This document shows positions 17,504-29,544 of a DNA stretch of 64,000 bases, in pieces (positions within the stretch are counted from its first letter, which is position 1; every line of letters begins with the position of its first letter). Both the position numbers and the translations under genes were made by a program. Location: the IMG/VR virus record IMGVR_UViG_3300021399_000113, positions 64,001 to 128,000 of that record, one strand, 5' to 3'. The notes beneath the pieces were generated by a model. It did not search any database. It was not told where the DNA came from and was given only the letters and a program-made list of their open reading frames with translations. The DNA is from a virus (taxonomy: Duplodnaviria; Caudoviricetes).

Positions 17504-20500
17504 ATGACAAAAGCACAGATTGAAAAGAAGTATGGTGTTCATATTGTGTGGAATCTCTGGAATGAAGAGTACGTGATTTATAGTGCTGATGGCTGTCGCT
17601 GGGATTGCGGATTCCGTACAATCAAGGAATGCGAAAAAGAATGCAAAGAATGGAAAGATGCACTCATAGCTATTAAAAATAAAGAAATTTCAAGAAAGAG
17701 GTAATGAATATGAAAAATACAAAAACAATTAAGACACTTTTTACAGCAATGATTATCGTTCCTATTGTAATTCTTCTTCTCACTTCTTTACTCTGTTCAG
17801 CCCCTATCTCACCTTGCCTTTGGATAATGGGTCAGATTGCAATTGGGGCTATCTGTATGGGTGCGTATAAGACAATAGACAGCTTTGCAGTTAATTCTGT
17901 CATTACAATCCTTGCTGTACTGCTTTATGTCTACCTTCCTCCCATCTCTATCTTTTTCACAATATATTGGGTGCTTGATTTTATCCCCTTTGTATTGGGT
18001 GCTTATGTAGGCAACAAGATATTGACAATTAAGTAATTTGGTGCTATAATGTTTTCAGTGAGAACAATTCGGAGGTATGATTATGAAAAAGTATCTTGTT
18101 GAAGTAACCAACACACCTACTCAGATAAATCATTATACGGACGCTTATGTTCAGAAGTGGATATATGGTAAGGCTGACCACTGCCTCACATCATGGGAAT
18201 ACATTCATGTTGGGGATGTTAGCAAGATTAACACCAAGGAACTGCTGGAATATGGTTACAACTCTGAGACGCTTGCTAAGAGATGCTATTCCTACAAAAG
18301 CCGAAACGACCAGACAAGCGAGTTCTGGACAAAATCAGCAAGAGTAATTGAAGTAGAGGTGGCATAGATGGACAACCAAATAAATGATATAAGAAGAGAT
18401 GTAATTTGCAACTGTGACAACTTCAGATATTATTTAGATTATTTGTACGGAAACAGTTCTAACGAAGAGGTTCGACAGTGCATAGTAACCATTTGGAATC
18501 AATTCAAAGATTTCTTTGATTCGTATGTTAAAGAAATAGAAGACTAAAATATAAGGAGATTATTATGAGCAGAAATGGTGGTAATACAGTAGTTAAGAAA
18601 TACGGATGTGGATTATCTACACTTTTAACAGTGGTATTTGTGGTACTTAAACTGTGCGGTGTAATTTCTTGGTCTTGGTTTTGGGTATTCTTCCCTCTTA
18701 TTCTTGATATTGGGCTGAGCATACTTATTGCTCTTATTGCCGTTATCGTTCTTGCCATTATTACGAGGTGAGTATGGAGGCTTACAAACTTTTTCAGATA
18801 CTTCACAAAAGAACAGATTACTTTGGGTGGAATGGTCTCTATGATTTTGCACGTAGAACATTACTTCCAGAGGAATATGCTGAAAGGGAAAGGCAAGCAC
18901 ATCAGTCTTTACTGATGCTAAACACAGCGTTAGGATTTCTCTCAGCACACACTAATAGTGGTATGTCTTGGTTTAATCATGGAATAGGATTTGACGATGA
19001 CGATTGGGATTGATTTTAGAAACGCTGACAAAAAGACAATAGATGAAGCCCTTGAAAAACTTATTAGAGGGGAAGTCGTAAGTATCACCCTTAATAATGC
19101 AGTTTCTGCATTATTAGCAGAGATGTATATTGTCAATAAGACCCTTAGCAGAGTGTGGGATTGGGATGACTGGCAAGGCACATTGATTTACAACGATACA
19201 GAGTTTGAAGTTCATGCTTACATGTGGACTGGAGACATCTATATCTTAAGAAAGACAGAGCAGTGATGAAAAATTATAATTATGTAAAAATAAATGGAAC
19301 TGTTATAAAGCAGACTCAAAGCCAAGGCTGTGGGTTAAAACACTTCTTGTCCAATCTTTTTAAGCGACCAAAGGACAACATTTCTCAGTTCTCTTCTATC
19401 ACTGTAAACAATAATGATGCTCATGTGGTGATTAAAAATGGTGATAAAGAAAAATAAATATGACAAGAGACCCTTCTTTAAGCGTATTTTTGGGTACTGT
19501 GATTGCCCTTGTCATAAAAGGCATTGGTTTGTATATCCAGTAACTGTACGAATGAACACATGTTATGAAAACGAACAAGCAAACTGGGTTACGTGCTGTA
19601 AAGAGTATTACGATGATTGGGTTGCACCACTGATAGAAGAAATGTGGGCTGAGTATTGGGCAAGTAGGATTTAACTATGGGAAGATTGATGGAAGACCAC
19701 CTTGAGTTATACCTTAAAGATAGATATGGATTAAAGGTGTCAATTGAAGAAACAACTACAAGAGAAGAAACTGACCAACTAATACAGTTAGAGGAAGATT
19801 TAAGGTCAGCAAAAACAGCAGTTTGGAAAGAGGATTATTGGGGCACAACTTGTTGTAGTAATTGCAATCAGACCAGCGAAAGACCAGAACCTTATTGTTG
19901 TAAGTGTGGAGCAAGGATGACTGATGTAATAAAGGAGAGATAAGGATGAAGAAATCTATAGTAGCAGATTATGATAGAATGGCTGGATATTCATTGCCAG
20001 TATATATCTTTATCTGTAAAAATATACAAAGGGCAAGATATTGGCACAATAAAACTTGTGAAAAGTTTAACTACAACTGGATGCAGTGGAAAAATAATGT
20101 AGGACTTATTCAGTTTGCGGATTGTGCCTATTACTTCATAAGTCAATATGGTGCACGAGAATATCTTCGTGATATGCGAAAGTATAACCCCACGATTTAT
20201 ACAGAAGAGTGTATCTACATCATTTTGGATGATATAGAAAGATTTAGAATAGATGAGCGTGACGATACCACTTACTATAATCTGTGGGTGACAGAGATGG
20301 TTGAAAGAGGGTGGGAAGTATGACACAAGAAGAGGTATTATCAAAAGTTAAAGGTTGTCTTGCAGAGTTATTTCCTGTTGACGAGCATGATGATGTAAAT
20401 GAGGATGTGGAGGAAATAATTAAATCAGTAGAGCCAAAGATAAGGAAGTTGGTGGCGAGGACAAAGACAGCGCATTGGATAGAAGCTGACAGAGGTAAGT

Positions 20501-20798
20501 TTGTATGTAGTAACTGTTTTGAACGCTTCTCTATGTTTGCAGAAGACGGTTCAGTACGAAAATACCATATTTGTCCCGAATGTGGTGCAAGGATGATTTT
20601 TACACTACAGAAAGAAACAGATAGTGCCAAACCTACGATAATTGATGAGAACGTTAAGGGTGAAATCAATAAGATTCTTGATAAGATTGAAAAGGAAGTT
20701 GTCTTGACCGATGGTTGGTGGTTTGGAAGAGACCGCATGATAAAGGTAACCAATGTATTTCAGATTATTAACAAGTGTAGAGAAAAAGTTGGGGATAA

Positions 20799-21557
20799 GT
20801 GATGACAAGAGAAGAAGCAAAAGATTGGATTGATAAATTAATCAAAACAATGAAACAAGAAACAAGCGGAAAATTTCCCGAACCTCCATACAAAGATGAG
20901 GTATACGAAGCCCTTAATATGTGTATAGAATTTCTCAAGACCAAGCCTTGTGAGGACATGGGTGAGGTGTCTGATGGTTATCATACTTTTAATCAATTAT
21001 ATCATCAGAGGGCAGTTTTATTTGCAACAATCGTAAATTTAAATAAAGATAAAGCATGGAAATCTTTTAAACATTCTGACGGAAAATATTGTTTTGACAG
21101 AAACGGTGAGTGGTTTATCGTAGGAGTAGATACACCGCAAGGAAGTTACACATATCATTATGATAAAAAATACTGGGATATGTTTGATTGCAAAGAACTG
21201 CAATGCGGTAAAGAATGGGACGGACATACAGAGGAAGATGTCACAAGACTTTTATCATTAGAGCAAGAGCCTTGTGAGGATTGTATAAGCCGACAGACGG
21301 CAATTGATGCAATAATAAGCGTTGATAAGTATGACCTTATAGCTTCTCAAATCTTTTATAAACAAAAGCGTATAGAAAAGATAAAAAATCTCCCTTCCGT
21401 TTATCCGAAAGCAAAGACAGGAAAGTGGATATTAGTACACCCGTTACAAGACGATATTGAAGGGGGATATATGTGTTCGGAATGTGGGACAGGGTACTAT
21501 GATAACAGCCATTGGAACTATTGTCCCAACTGCGGAACAAGAATGAGTAGAGGATAA
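20799..21557 (+). CDS. WDGH-domain protein with C-terminal Zn ribbon
   Basis: SDGYHTFNQLY..R..LF and EWDGHT; CSECG...CPNCG. Confidence 0.75.
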   Translation: MMTREEAKDWIDKLIKTMKQETSGKFPEPPYKDEVYEALNMCIEFLKTKPCEDMGEVSDGYHTFNQLYHQRAVLFATIVNLNKDKAWKSFKHSDGKYCFDRNGEWFIVGVDTPQGSYTYHYDKKYWDMFDCKELQCGKEWDGHTEEDVTRLLSLEQEPCEDCISRQTAIDAIISVDKYDLIASQIFYKQKRIEKIKNLPSVYPKAKTGKWILVHPLQDDIEGGYMCSECGTGYYDNSHWNYCPNCGTRMSRG

Positions 21558-24500
21558 AGAATGACAAACGAAGAAATTATAGAACAGCTTGAGAATACTA
21601 TTGGACTTATCAAGCAAGATGGGAAAGATTGGTTGGACGATAGGGATATTCCAATTCTTGAAGCATGTATTAAGTCGCTAACAGCACTTGACAAGATAAG
21701 AGTCGAGATAGAGCAATTGCGAATACATAAGGCACAATTCCTTACAAGCGATAATAAGGTATGTATTGATAGTCAAGCGGTGCTTGAAATCATTGATAAG
21801 TACAGAGAGGAGCAGACAAATGCAGTTAGTGATTGATATAAAAGAGGCAACTTACGATGCGGTTTGCAAACGCAACATGTTACCACCTGATATTACGGAT
21901 TTAATGGGAGCAACCAAGAACGGCGCATCACTTCCAAAAAGGCACGGAAGGTTGATTGATGCAGATGAATTGGAAGAATGTAAAGAAATAATGACTACTA
22001 TCAGCGGTGAAAGCAAGTATGCTGTAAGAATGAATGATATTAGAAATATGTCAACAATCATACAAGCAGACAAGGCAGAAAGGGAGGAAAAGGAATGACA
22101 GTAGGAGAGCTAATTAACGAATTGCAGAAGTATCCAAAAGAAAGAAGAGTATTGCTGTATGCACATGGACGATGCTCAGTGAAAGAACAAGATGAAATTC
22201 TTGGATGCTACGAAGAAGAAATTTATGACAAGGATGACAACGTAATCGAAGAAGTAGTGAGCTTATACGAGTATTAAAGAGTGGGATGAATAACAGAAAA
22301 TGAGGGCAGTAGAAATGACAAATGAAGAGGAATTAACTGGTGACACTTGTGATGAACACATCAAGGAGGCTATACAAAGCCAGTTCAGAGGAATGTTGAA
22401 CGCTTTTATAAAAGAATTTAAGCCTATGGGTGATAATGGGGGACAGTAAATGGAAAACATCAGCAATGCAACCAATGGAGATATAATAAAACTATTATTT
22501 CCTAAACTTGAATATGACCGTTCACTTCGACCTTTGGTGTGTGCCTTTATTCGTGAACTTATCACTTTTATGCAAAAGCCACCACGAATAAGTATGGAGC
22601 TTTCTTTGTGGAATGAACCATATAAGGGAGATATAGCAACATTAACTGAAAGGATAGCGGGTGCACTCACAAATGGCGATGTAATAACAGAGGCATTTTC
22701 TGAATATACATTCCAAAATAGAAGTGATTTGCCTATGGCACACATGGTTGGTAGTACGATACCTTTGTTTGCTGTAGCAAAAGATTGGTGGAATGAACCC
22801 TATAGGGAGGATTAAGTAATGATGAATAAAAAGGATTTAATCATTTGGCTTTACGAACAGAAAGATAACATAGATTATAAACTTCATGTAGAAGGTGCAG
22901 AGGGTGCTTATAGAGAACAGCTGTGGGCACAAGTTAACTTACTTGACACCATCATTGCCAAAGTAAAGAAGGAGTTAGCAGAAAGTATTCAGAGATTTTG
23001 TGAAACAGATGATTGATTCCATTACAAAAGAACTTGAATCTCTTGGGGTAATTGGTTAACCTACTATAGCCTAATGTTAACGCTATGGTAGGTTAACATT
23101 TTTTTATCATTAAATAAAGTATTGACAGATTTAATTTTATATGATATAATCACCAATGTGAGAAACAGATTAGCACAATCAAGCGAGGTAGAAGGATGAA
23201 ATTGAGAATATACTTTCATATACTCGGAACAGAACCTTATCACAGAGAAGTATCGTCTGCAGAAGAGGCAAAAATTATGATTGATGCCATTGCAGACTTT
23301 GTGAATACAAAGGTTGATGAAGGAGTATTCCCCGACCATTGCAGTACCGCTGGGCTTGAAGAATACGATGAAGAAGAACACGATTGGGTAACTTGGTACG
23401 ATGAAAACGGATTAGATTTAAATGAACACTTTAACACAGAATGGAGAGAGTAATCATGGTTTGGATTGAGATAGTGTGTGATGGTTGTAGTCATTCTCCT
23501 TGTGGAGAATCTTATAGAAAAGGTTCATTGAAAAGAATCAAAGCAGAGGCAAAGGAGTATGGTTGGAAAACCATCAAGGGAAAAATATATTGTCCCAAAT
23601 GTCAAAAAATTTTAAAAGCAATGGCAAAAGTGAGAAAGACGATGTAGAAAATGAGGAAGAAGAATGATTTGTGAAAACTGTAAGAACAATACTGAATGTG
23701 ACTATTATTTCCGCAACATCGAACCTGTTCTGCATACAGAACAAGGTATGTTTGTGAATGACAGTTATCTATTTGCATTGTTTAAATGCTTGGACGGTTT
23801 TACTTGCAACTATTATGAACATCAATCAGAAAGTGGGGAAGAAAGATGATTAAAACAAGATTAACAGTAGATGTAAATGCAGAGGATTTTGACAAAGAGT
23901 TACAGAAATACCTACAGGAAAAAAAGGAGAAAATTAAGATGACTGAACAATTCTTAATTGATAATAATTACAAAATTCAAAATGCTAAAATCACTTCTGT
24001 AGATTTATCTATGAAAGACCATGGCTGTCTTACTCTTAAACTTGTACTTGAAGGTAGCGGGTGGGGATGTGTTTTTGGAAATGTCTCTCTGGGCAATGGA
24101 TTTCTTGGAGCAAAAACGTTCAAGGGCTGGGAGCACTGCGGTGATTATCTGATGATGCTTATGGACACTGTTGGGGTTGATACCTTTAATGATATGACGG
24201 GCAAATATGTTCGTGTAGCCTTTGATGATGAGGATAGAGCGAAAATAATCGGAAATCTAATTGAAGATAAGTGGTTTACAGCGAAGATGCTTGGAGATGA
24301 GGTGTAAATTATGTTAATAAATGGTTCGGATGCGTATTTCTTTTCTCAGAATCAGCTGGGAACATTGTGGAAAAAGATTGATACTGAGGTTAACTCAGCA
24401 ATATACAGAGATGAACTGGCGGTGAAGATTTCTATCCCTAAAAAACTGTCGTTATCAGAAGAATATCGGTTAAAAGATATTCTTACCAAGAACCTTCACT

Positions 24501-24950
24501 ATACCGTCCACATAGAACAGTCTGAAGTAACTGATATTTATATAACATGGAATGCATTTTTATTTGACGATTGGTGGGAAGATGTAAAGAAGAGGTATAA
24601 AGATGACACTAAAGACAATTGAGAAAATCAATGAGCTTGTTAGAGAGCGTAAGGGTTTAGAAGAATTCTTGTGCCTTGGAGAGCATAGCTTATGGGTGCA
24701 AATTAAATACACAGTGAAAGATATAGACCTTTGCCACTACTTCGACAACACCATAGACTTATCAAAAAGTGGAAAACAGAGCCTCATTCAGTTTATTAAA
24801 ACTCGTATTGAAGAGATTGATAATGAACTAACAGAGTTAGGTGTGGAAGAGGGATAAAAGATAATAATAAACTATTGACAAATTCTTTTTTCTATGCTAT
24901 AATGCTCTTGTAAGGTTAAACAAATCAAACAAATTTTGGAGGTAATGATT

Positions 24951-25889
24951 ATGAGTGCCGAAGTCGAGAATATGTTTTACGTAGGAAGAGAAACCCCTTG
25001 GCATGGACTTGGAATCAGTGTAGAGAGTGCCCCTATTTCAGAGGACGCTATCGTAATGGCAGGTCTTGACTGGGAAGTAACAAAGGAAAAGGTGTTCACC
25101 GAGGGTGGCAAATTAATCCCTAACTTCTATGCTACTACTCGTAGTACAGATGGTAACGTGTATGGAATGGTTACCAACAAGTACAAGGTAATTCAGAACA
25201 GAGAAGCATTTGGTTTCATGGACAACCTCATTGGTGAAGGTGTTAAGTATGAAACCGCTGGTAGCCTTTTTGAAGGCAAGAAGATTTGGTTGCTTGCAAA
25301 GATGCCCGAGAGACAGATTCTTGGTGACAAGTTTGAAACATACTGTGTGCTTACCAACTCCCATGATGGAAAGAATGCAGTACAGGTGGCTATGACCCCC
25401 GTGCGTGTGGTCTGCAACAACACACTCAATCTTGCACTTGGCAGAGCAAAGAGAATCTGGTCTACCAGACACTGTGGGTCAATTGAGGGTAAGCTTGCAG
25501 ATGCAAAGGAAACCCTTGGATTCGCAGAGCAGTATATGAATGAACTCAACACTGAGGCTGAAAAGATGGCAACAACCACTCTTAATGCTGTTCAGTTGGG
25601 CAAGGTTGTTGCAAATGTATTCCCTATTGCTGAGGCAATGAGCAACAGACAGAAGACAAATGCAGAGGATGCACGTAACACCTTTATGAACTACTACAAC
25701 AGAGATGATGTTCAGCCTTTCAAGAACACTCTCTATGGTGCTATCCTTGCTATCACAGACTATGTTGACCACGCAACTCCTGCACGTGTTACCACTGACT
25801 ACAATGCAAATCGCTTTAACAAGATTATCACAGGACATGCGCTTATGGATAACTTCGTTAAGGTTGCCAAGAGTGTAGCAGTAGCTTAA
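24951..25889 (+). CDS. DUF932-family phage/plasmid protein
   Basis: RETPWHGLG, YETAGSL, NSHDG, RVVCNNT. Confidence 0.9.
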   Translation: MSAEVENMFYVGRETPWHGLGISVESAPISEDAIVMAGLDWEVTKEKVFTEGGKLIPNFYATTRSTDGNVYGMVTNKYKVIQNREAFGFMDNLIGEGVKYETAGSLFEGKKIWLLAKMPERQILGDKFETYCVLTNSHDGKNAVQVAMTPVRVVCNNTLNLALGRAKRIWSTRHCGSIEGKLADAKETLGFAEQYMNELNTEAEKMATTTLNAVQLGKVVANVFPIAEAMSNRQKTNAEDARNTFMNYYNRDDVQPFKNTLYGAILAITDYVDHATPARVTTDYNANRFNKIITGHALMDNFVKVAKSVAVA

Positions 25890-25925
25890 TCAAAGGAAAA
25901 CACAGAGGGGACAAGTTTCCCCTCT

Positions 25926-26255
25926 GTGAATATAGAAAGGACAACATATATGTTGAAAGACGTTTTTGGTATTCTTAAAAGGTTGCGCAAAGACAACACG
26001 GACGTTTCAGAAGAAGCTGTTAAGGAAGTTACAGAGGAAATTAGCGGTTTCGGAATTGGAATGATTCTCGTATTACTAATCATTTTACTTGGATTGATTG
26101 CAGTAGTATCATTGGGATATGGACTCATGATGTATGGGTTTATATGTCTGCTTGGAACAGTAACAAATGTATCGGTGACATTTCTGCCGTGCTTTATATC
26201 TGGGCTACTGCTTACCATAGGTCAAGTGATTGTATCGTCCAAATCAAACGAGTAA
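25926..26255 (+). CDS. membrane protein
   Basis: long hydrophobic segments. Confidence 0.65.
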   Translation: MNIERTTYMLKDVFGILKRLRKDNTDVSEEAVKEVTEEISGFGIGMILVLLIILLGLIAVVSLGYGLMMYGFICLLGTVTNVSVTFLPCFISGLLLTIGQVIVSSKSNE

Positions 26256-26429
26256 ATGCGGAGGCTAATATGTTCATCATTAAAATGTACAAGTACAAGG
26301 AACTAATCAAAACACTCAAAGACAAATTTGATACTTATGAAGATGCGAAAAATTTCATCTATGAGTCAGAAGATATTCAAGACAAATTAGATGCTAATTA
26401 TGAATTTAAAATTGCGGAGGAAAATTAAC

Positions 26430-26921
26430 ATGCAGATTACTAATGAGATGAGAGAAGCGGTAAAGAACGCAGAAATCAAACTTCAGATTATTGAGGATAT
26501 TGTAAACTCACGAGGTTATGAGAACACAATCCTTGCCCACAAGAATGTGGTGGACTATAAGGATATTTCAAAGGTAGATGAAAATCTTGGTCTACTTCTT
26601 GAAAGCGAAGCACTTAAAGCACAGGCAGAAGAGGCTGGAAAACTTGAACCCACAGACATTGAGAAGGTACTTTTCAAAGAGCCTTACACAATTGTTTATT
26701 GGGCTGATGGCACAAAGACAAAGGTTAAGTGCAGTGATGCTGATAAATACAGCAAGGATGCTGGACTTGCCTTCTGTATTGCAAAGAAGATTTGTGGTAG
26801 CAAGCGTAAGTTTGACGCACTTTTTGAGGCTATCACTGGAGAGCCAAAAGGCACTCTTGTACAGCCTACTGAGAAGTTTTACTGTTCAAACGGAACTTGT
26901 ACAGTAGCAGAAGAAAAGTAA
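26430..26921 (+). CDS. conserved phage hypothetical protein
   Basis: IEKVLF..PYTIVYW.DGTKT.VKC motif; GGAGG RBS. Confidence 0.75.
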   Translation: MQITNEMREAVKNAEIKLQIIEDIVNSRGYENTILAHKNVVDYKDISKVDENLGLLLESEALKAQAEEAGKLEPTDIEKVLFKEPYTIVYWADGTKTKVKCSDADKYSKDAGLAFCIAKKICGSKRKFDALFEAITGEPKGTLVQPTEKFYCSNGTCTVAEEK

Positions 26922-26940
26922 ATTGTATATCAATAGTGAG

Positions 26941-26974
26941 TACCGATACAACTTAATATTAAGTTGTATCGGTA
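26941..26974. repeat. perfect 34-bp palindrome followed by T5
   Basis: TACCGATACAACTTAAT|ATTAAGTTGTATCGGTA. Confidence 0.95.
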
Positions 26975-27025
26975 TTTTTCACTGAAAATATCAATTTCAC
27001 TAACTGAATGAAAGAGTGAGTAACG

Positions 27026-27571
27026 ATGAAATTTAGACTAAAAGAATCCAAGCCCTCCAACATTATAAAACTTGCTGGCTTAAATGGTAACGCTTACAGT
27101 ACATCAAAATATTTATATAAACAGATTGTGAGGGAGAATACAAAGTATAATTACGAGGGAGTAACACTCTCTGAAGGGATTGATTATACATTTGACCCTA
27201 AGAATTTGGGTGGTACAATTGTATTCTCTACCGATGTAAACGCAGTTGAAGCCTCAAAAAATAAAATTATAAATTGGGTAAAGCAAAAAATTGCCACTCT
27301 CAATAACAGACTTCATGCTGTAAATAGAATAGATAAAATTGCACAGAAGCATGACCTTGCTGGCTGGACAGTAGGCAAGGGATTATCTGTTAGGTATACA
27401 GCAAAAAATGGTAAGGTGTTCGGAGAAAATAGTATATCTGTGGATATTGTTGGTATTTCCACTGACACCCTTTTAGAGATTGCAACAGAATTATGTAATT
27501 TATTTAACCAAGAGGCAGTTCTTGTTAAAGACTACACAACCAAAGATATTTATCTTGTAAATGGAAAATAA
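27026..27571 (+). CDS. putative head-internal protein (MKFRLKE leader; DUF3293-like)
   Basis: E.S...LC..FNQEAVLVK motif shared with 27581 and 48753. Confidence 0.6.
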   Translation: MKFRLKESKPSNIIKLAGLNGNAYSTSKYLYKQIVRENTKYNYEGVTLSEGIDYTFDPKNLGGTIVFSTDVNAVEASKNKIINWVKQKIATLNNRLHAVNRIDKIAQKHDLAGWTVGKGLSVRYTAKNGKVFGENSISVDIVGISTDTLLEIATELCNLFNQEAVLVKDYTTKDIYLVNGK

Positions 27572-27580
27572 GGAGGACAT

Positions 27581-28945
27581 ATGAATAATCTAATGTTAGA
27601 AAATGCAAACAGATTAGACGAGATTTATAGCACCTATGGCAGACACTATATTCCTCTCACAGAGGCTAATCTTAATCGCATTATTAAGGGACATGATTCT
27701 ACTGGGTATGGTGTGTTAAGTGCCTCACGTGCTAACCTCTCAAAAGAAGAAAACGATAAACGCACAAAAGAACTTAAATCAAAAATAAATTCTTTGGGCT
27801 ACTCTCACGTTCCTGTGCTGGGTGGGTATAGAGAAGAGGGAGAGCCTAAAGCAAGTCTGGAAAAGTCCCTTATTGTTTATCCTTATAATTTACGCACAAA
27901 GGAATATGCAGACCTCAATAAGTTTAAGGATGACCTTGTTGAGTTGGGCAAACATTACAATCAAGACACAGTAATGATTAAAGAACCCGACAAGAACCCT
28001 ACTTATATTCGCTGTGCAGATAGACAAGCCGATATGGAATTTGATGATGGCTACACTACAAATGATACAGAAGAACCATTCTTTACAGCGCTTAAAAAGT
28101 GGAGTGATTCTTCTCTTAATCGTAAAAGCCATAATTGGGATAAGGGCAAGCCTCAGAGATTTACACTTAAATCAAATGCTGTTTTTGAGGCATATATTGA
28201 CCAACAACCTATGAGTATTACATCAGAAGTACCTCCAAGATATGCTCTTGGTGAACTTTTTAAGGTTGGATTTACTGGGGAACTGACTGACACATTAAAT
28301 GAGTCCAATAATTTCAGAAGAGTTAAACAAGCATTGTGGGGTGACCCTACTGGAAAGATTAGAACCTTTGCTATATTAACTGGTGAAAATCCTCTGGCTT
28401 GGGGAAATGCTACAGATGATGAAGTTCTCGACCGATACAAAAAATGGCTTAATAATCCAAAAGAATACAATGATAAGATTACTAAGGGACTAAAGGCAGA
28501 ACTTGTACAGAAGTCATTAGAGCAGAATAAAGATAAAGCTTTAAGATATGGTGGGTTTAACTATGCTAAGATTAAAGGAAAGTATGGAGACATCGAGCAC
28601 TCATTGATGATTTTCAATATATCAAAAGAGGATGCTGAACACTTAGCAAGAGCCTATGGGCAAGAGAGTTTCTTTTTTGGTAAGGTATATCCATCATACA
28701 CACATGTGGCTTATTACAAAACAACAAATGCTTGTGCAACATATAAATTGATAGAAATATCTGATGTTACAACTAAAGAAGATGGGGATGATTTCTTTAG
28801 TAAGTATGGTTTTAAGTACAAGATTAACATGAGGGAATTTGGTGATGATGTAATCCCAGTAAAGAATGAGAATGAATTTCAAGAGAGTCTTACTGCACCA
28901 ATGTTTCAAAGTAGAGCATCACATCGTAGAGAAGCATACAGATAA
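27581..28945 (+). CDS. putative head-internal protein with two DUF3293-like domains
   Basis: duplicated G.Y...E.S.I...L...Y.Q(D/E) motif, separated by LNES. Confidence 0.6.
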   Translation: MNNLMLENANRLDEIYSTYGRHYIPLTEANLNRIIKGHDSTGYGVLSASRANLSKEENDKRTKELKSKINSLGYSHVPVLGGYREEGEPKASLEKSLIVYPYNLRTKEYADLNKFKDDLVELGKHYNQDTVMIKEPDKNPTYIRCADRQADMEFDDGYTTNDTEEPFFTALKKWSDSSLNRKSHNWDKGKPQRFTLKSNAVFEAYIDQQPMSITSEVPPRYALGELFKVGFTGELTDTLNESNNFRRVKQALWGDPTGKIRTFAILTGENPLAWGNATDDEVLDRYKKWLNNPKEYNDKITKGLKAELVQKSLEQNKDKALRYGGFNYAKIKGKYGDIEHSLMIFNISKEDAEHLARAYGQESFFFGKVYPSYTHVAYYKTTNACATYKLIEISDVTTKEDGDDFFSKYGFKYKINMREFGDDVIPVKNENEFQESLTAPMFQSRASHRREAYR

Positions 28946-28965
28946 TCGCATAGGAGCATAATTTA

Positions 28966-29541
28966 ATGATTATTTTAACTGGAAAGACTGCTACTGGAAA
29001 AGATACAATTAAAAGAGAGTTGCTGAAAATCCCAGCACTCTCTCCTATTGTTACATACACAACACGCAAAAAGAGAAATAATGAAAAAGATGGGGTGGAC
29101 TACCATTTTGTATCTATTGACAAATATATGTCAATGAGAGATAATGGTGAATTAATTGCTTGTAATTGCTTTACTAAATCTAATGAGGGTGACGTTTGGT
29201 ATGGAGTTGCCAAAAAGGATTTGATTAATGCAGATACAGATAATAAGGTAATCATTTTGGATGCACATGGGGTAAAGGATTTTCAGAAGATTAAAGATGA
29301 GGTAGGATTTTCTGATATATTCTTAATTGACACTGTTCCAGAAGAACAGTGGGAAAGACTTATTTCACGTGGAAATGACACAGTAGAAGAGTGTCAGCGC
29401 AGAGTGCTGGCTGATAATACTGATTTTGCAGATATTCAGTACAATCATTTAATTGTTAACAGAAATGTATCTGATATTAAACAGATTGCATACACAATTT
29501 ATACTTACTATTTAATTGATAAAGGGTTTACAATGAGGTAG
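28966..29541 (+). CDS. gmk: guanylate kinase
   Basis: GKTATGKDT, YTTR..R..E.DGVDYHF, WYG. Confidence 0.9.
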   Translation: MIILTGKTATGKDTIKRELLKIPALSPIVTYTTRKKRNNEKDGVDYHFVSIDKYMSMRDNGELIACNCFTKSNEGDVWYGVAKKDLINADTDNKVIILDAHGVKDFQKIKDEVGFSDIFLIDTVPEEQWERLISRGNDTVEECQRRVLADNTDFADIQYNHLIVNRNVSDIKQIAYTIYTYYLIDKGFTMR

Positions 29542-29544
29542 ATA

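Larger units (their letters stand above)
15777..24857 (+). other. block of about 30 small, tightly packed early hypothetical genes, several with CxxC Zn ribbons or TM segments
   Basis: contiguous + strand ORFs with RBSs and overlapping start/stop codons; sigmaA promoters near 17238, 18022, 23122. Confidence 0.8.
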
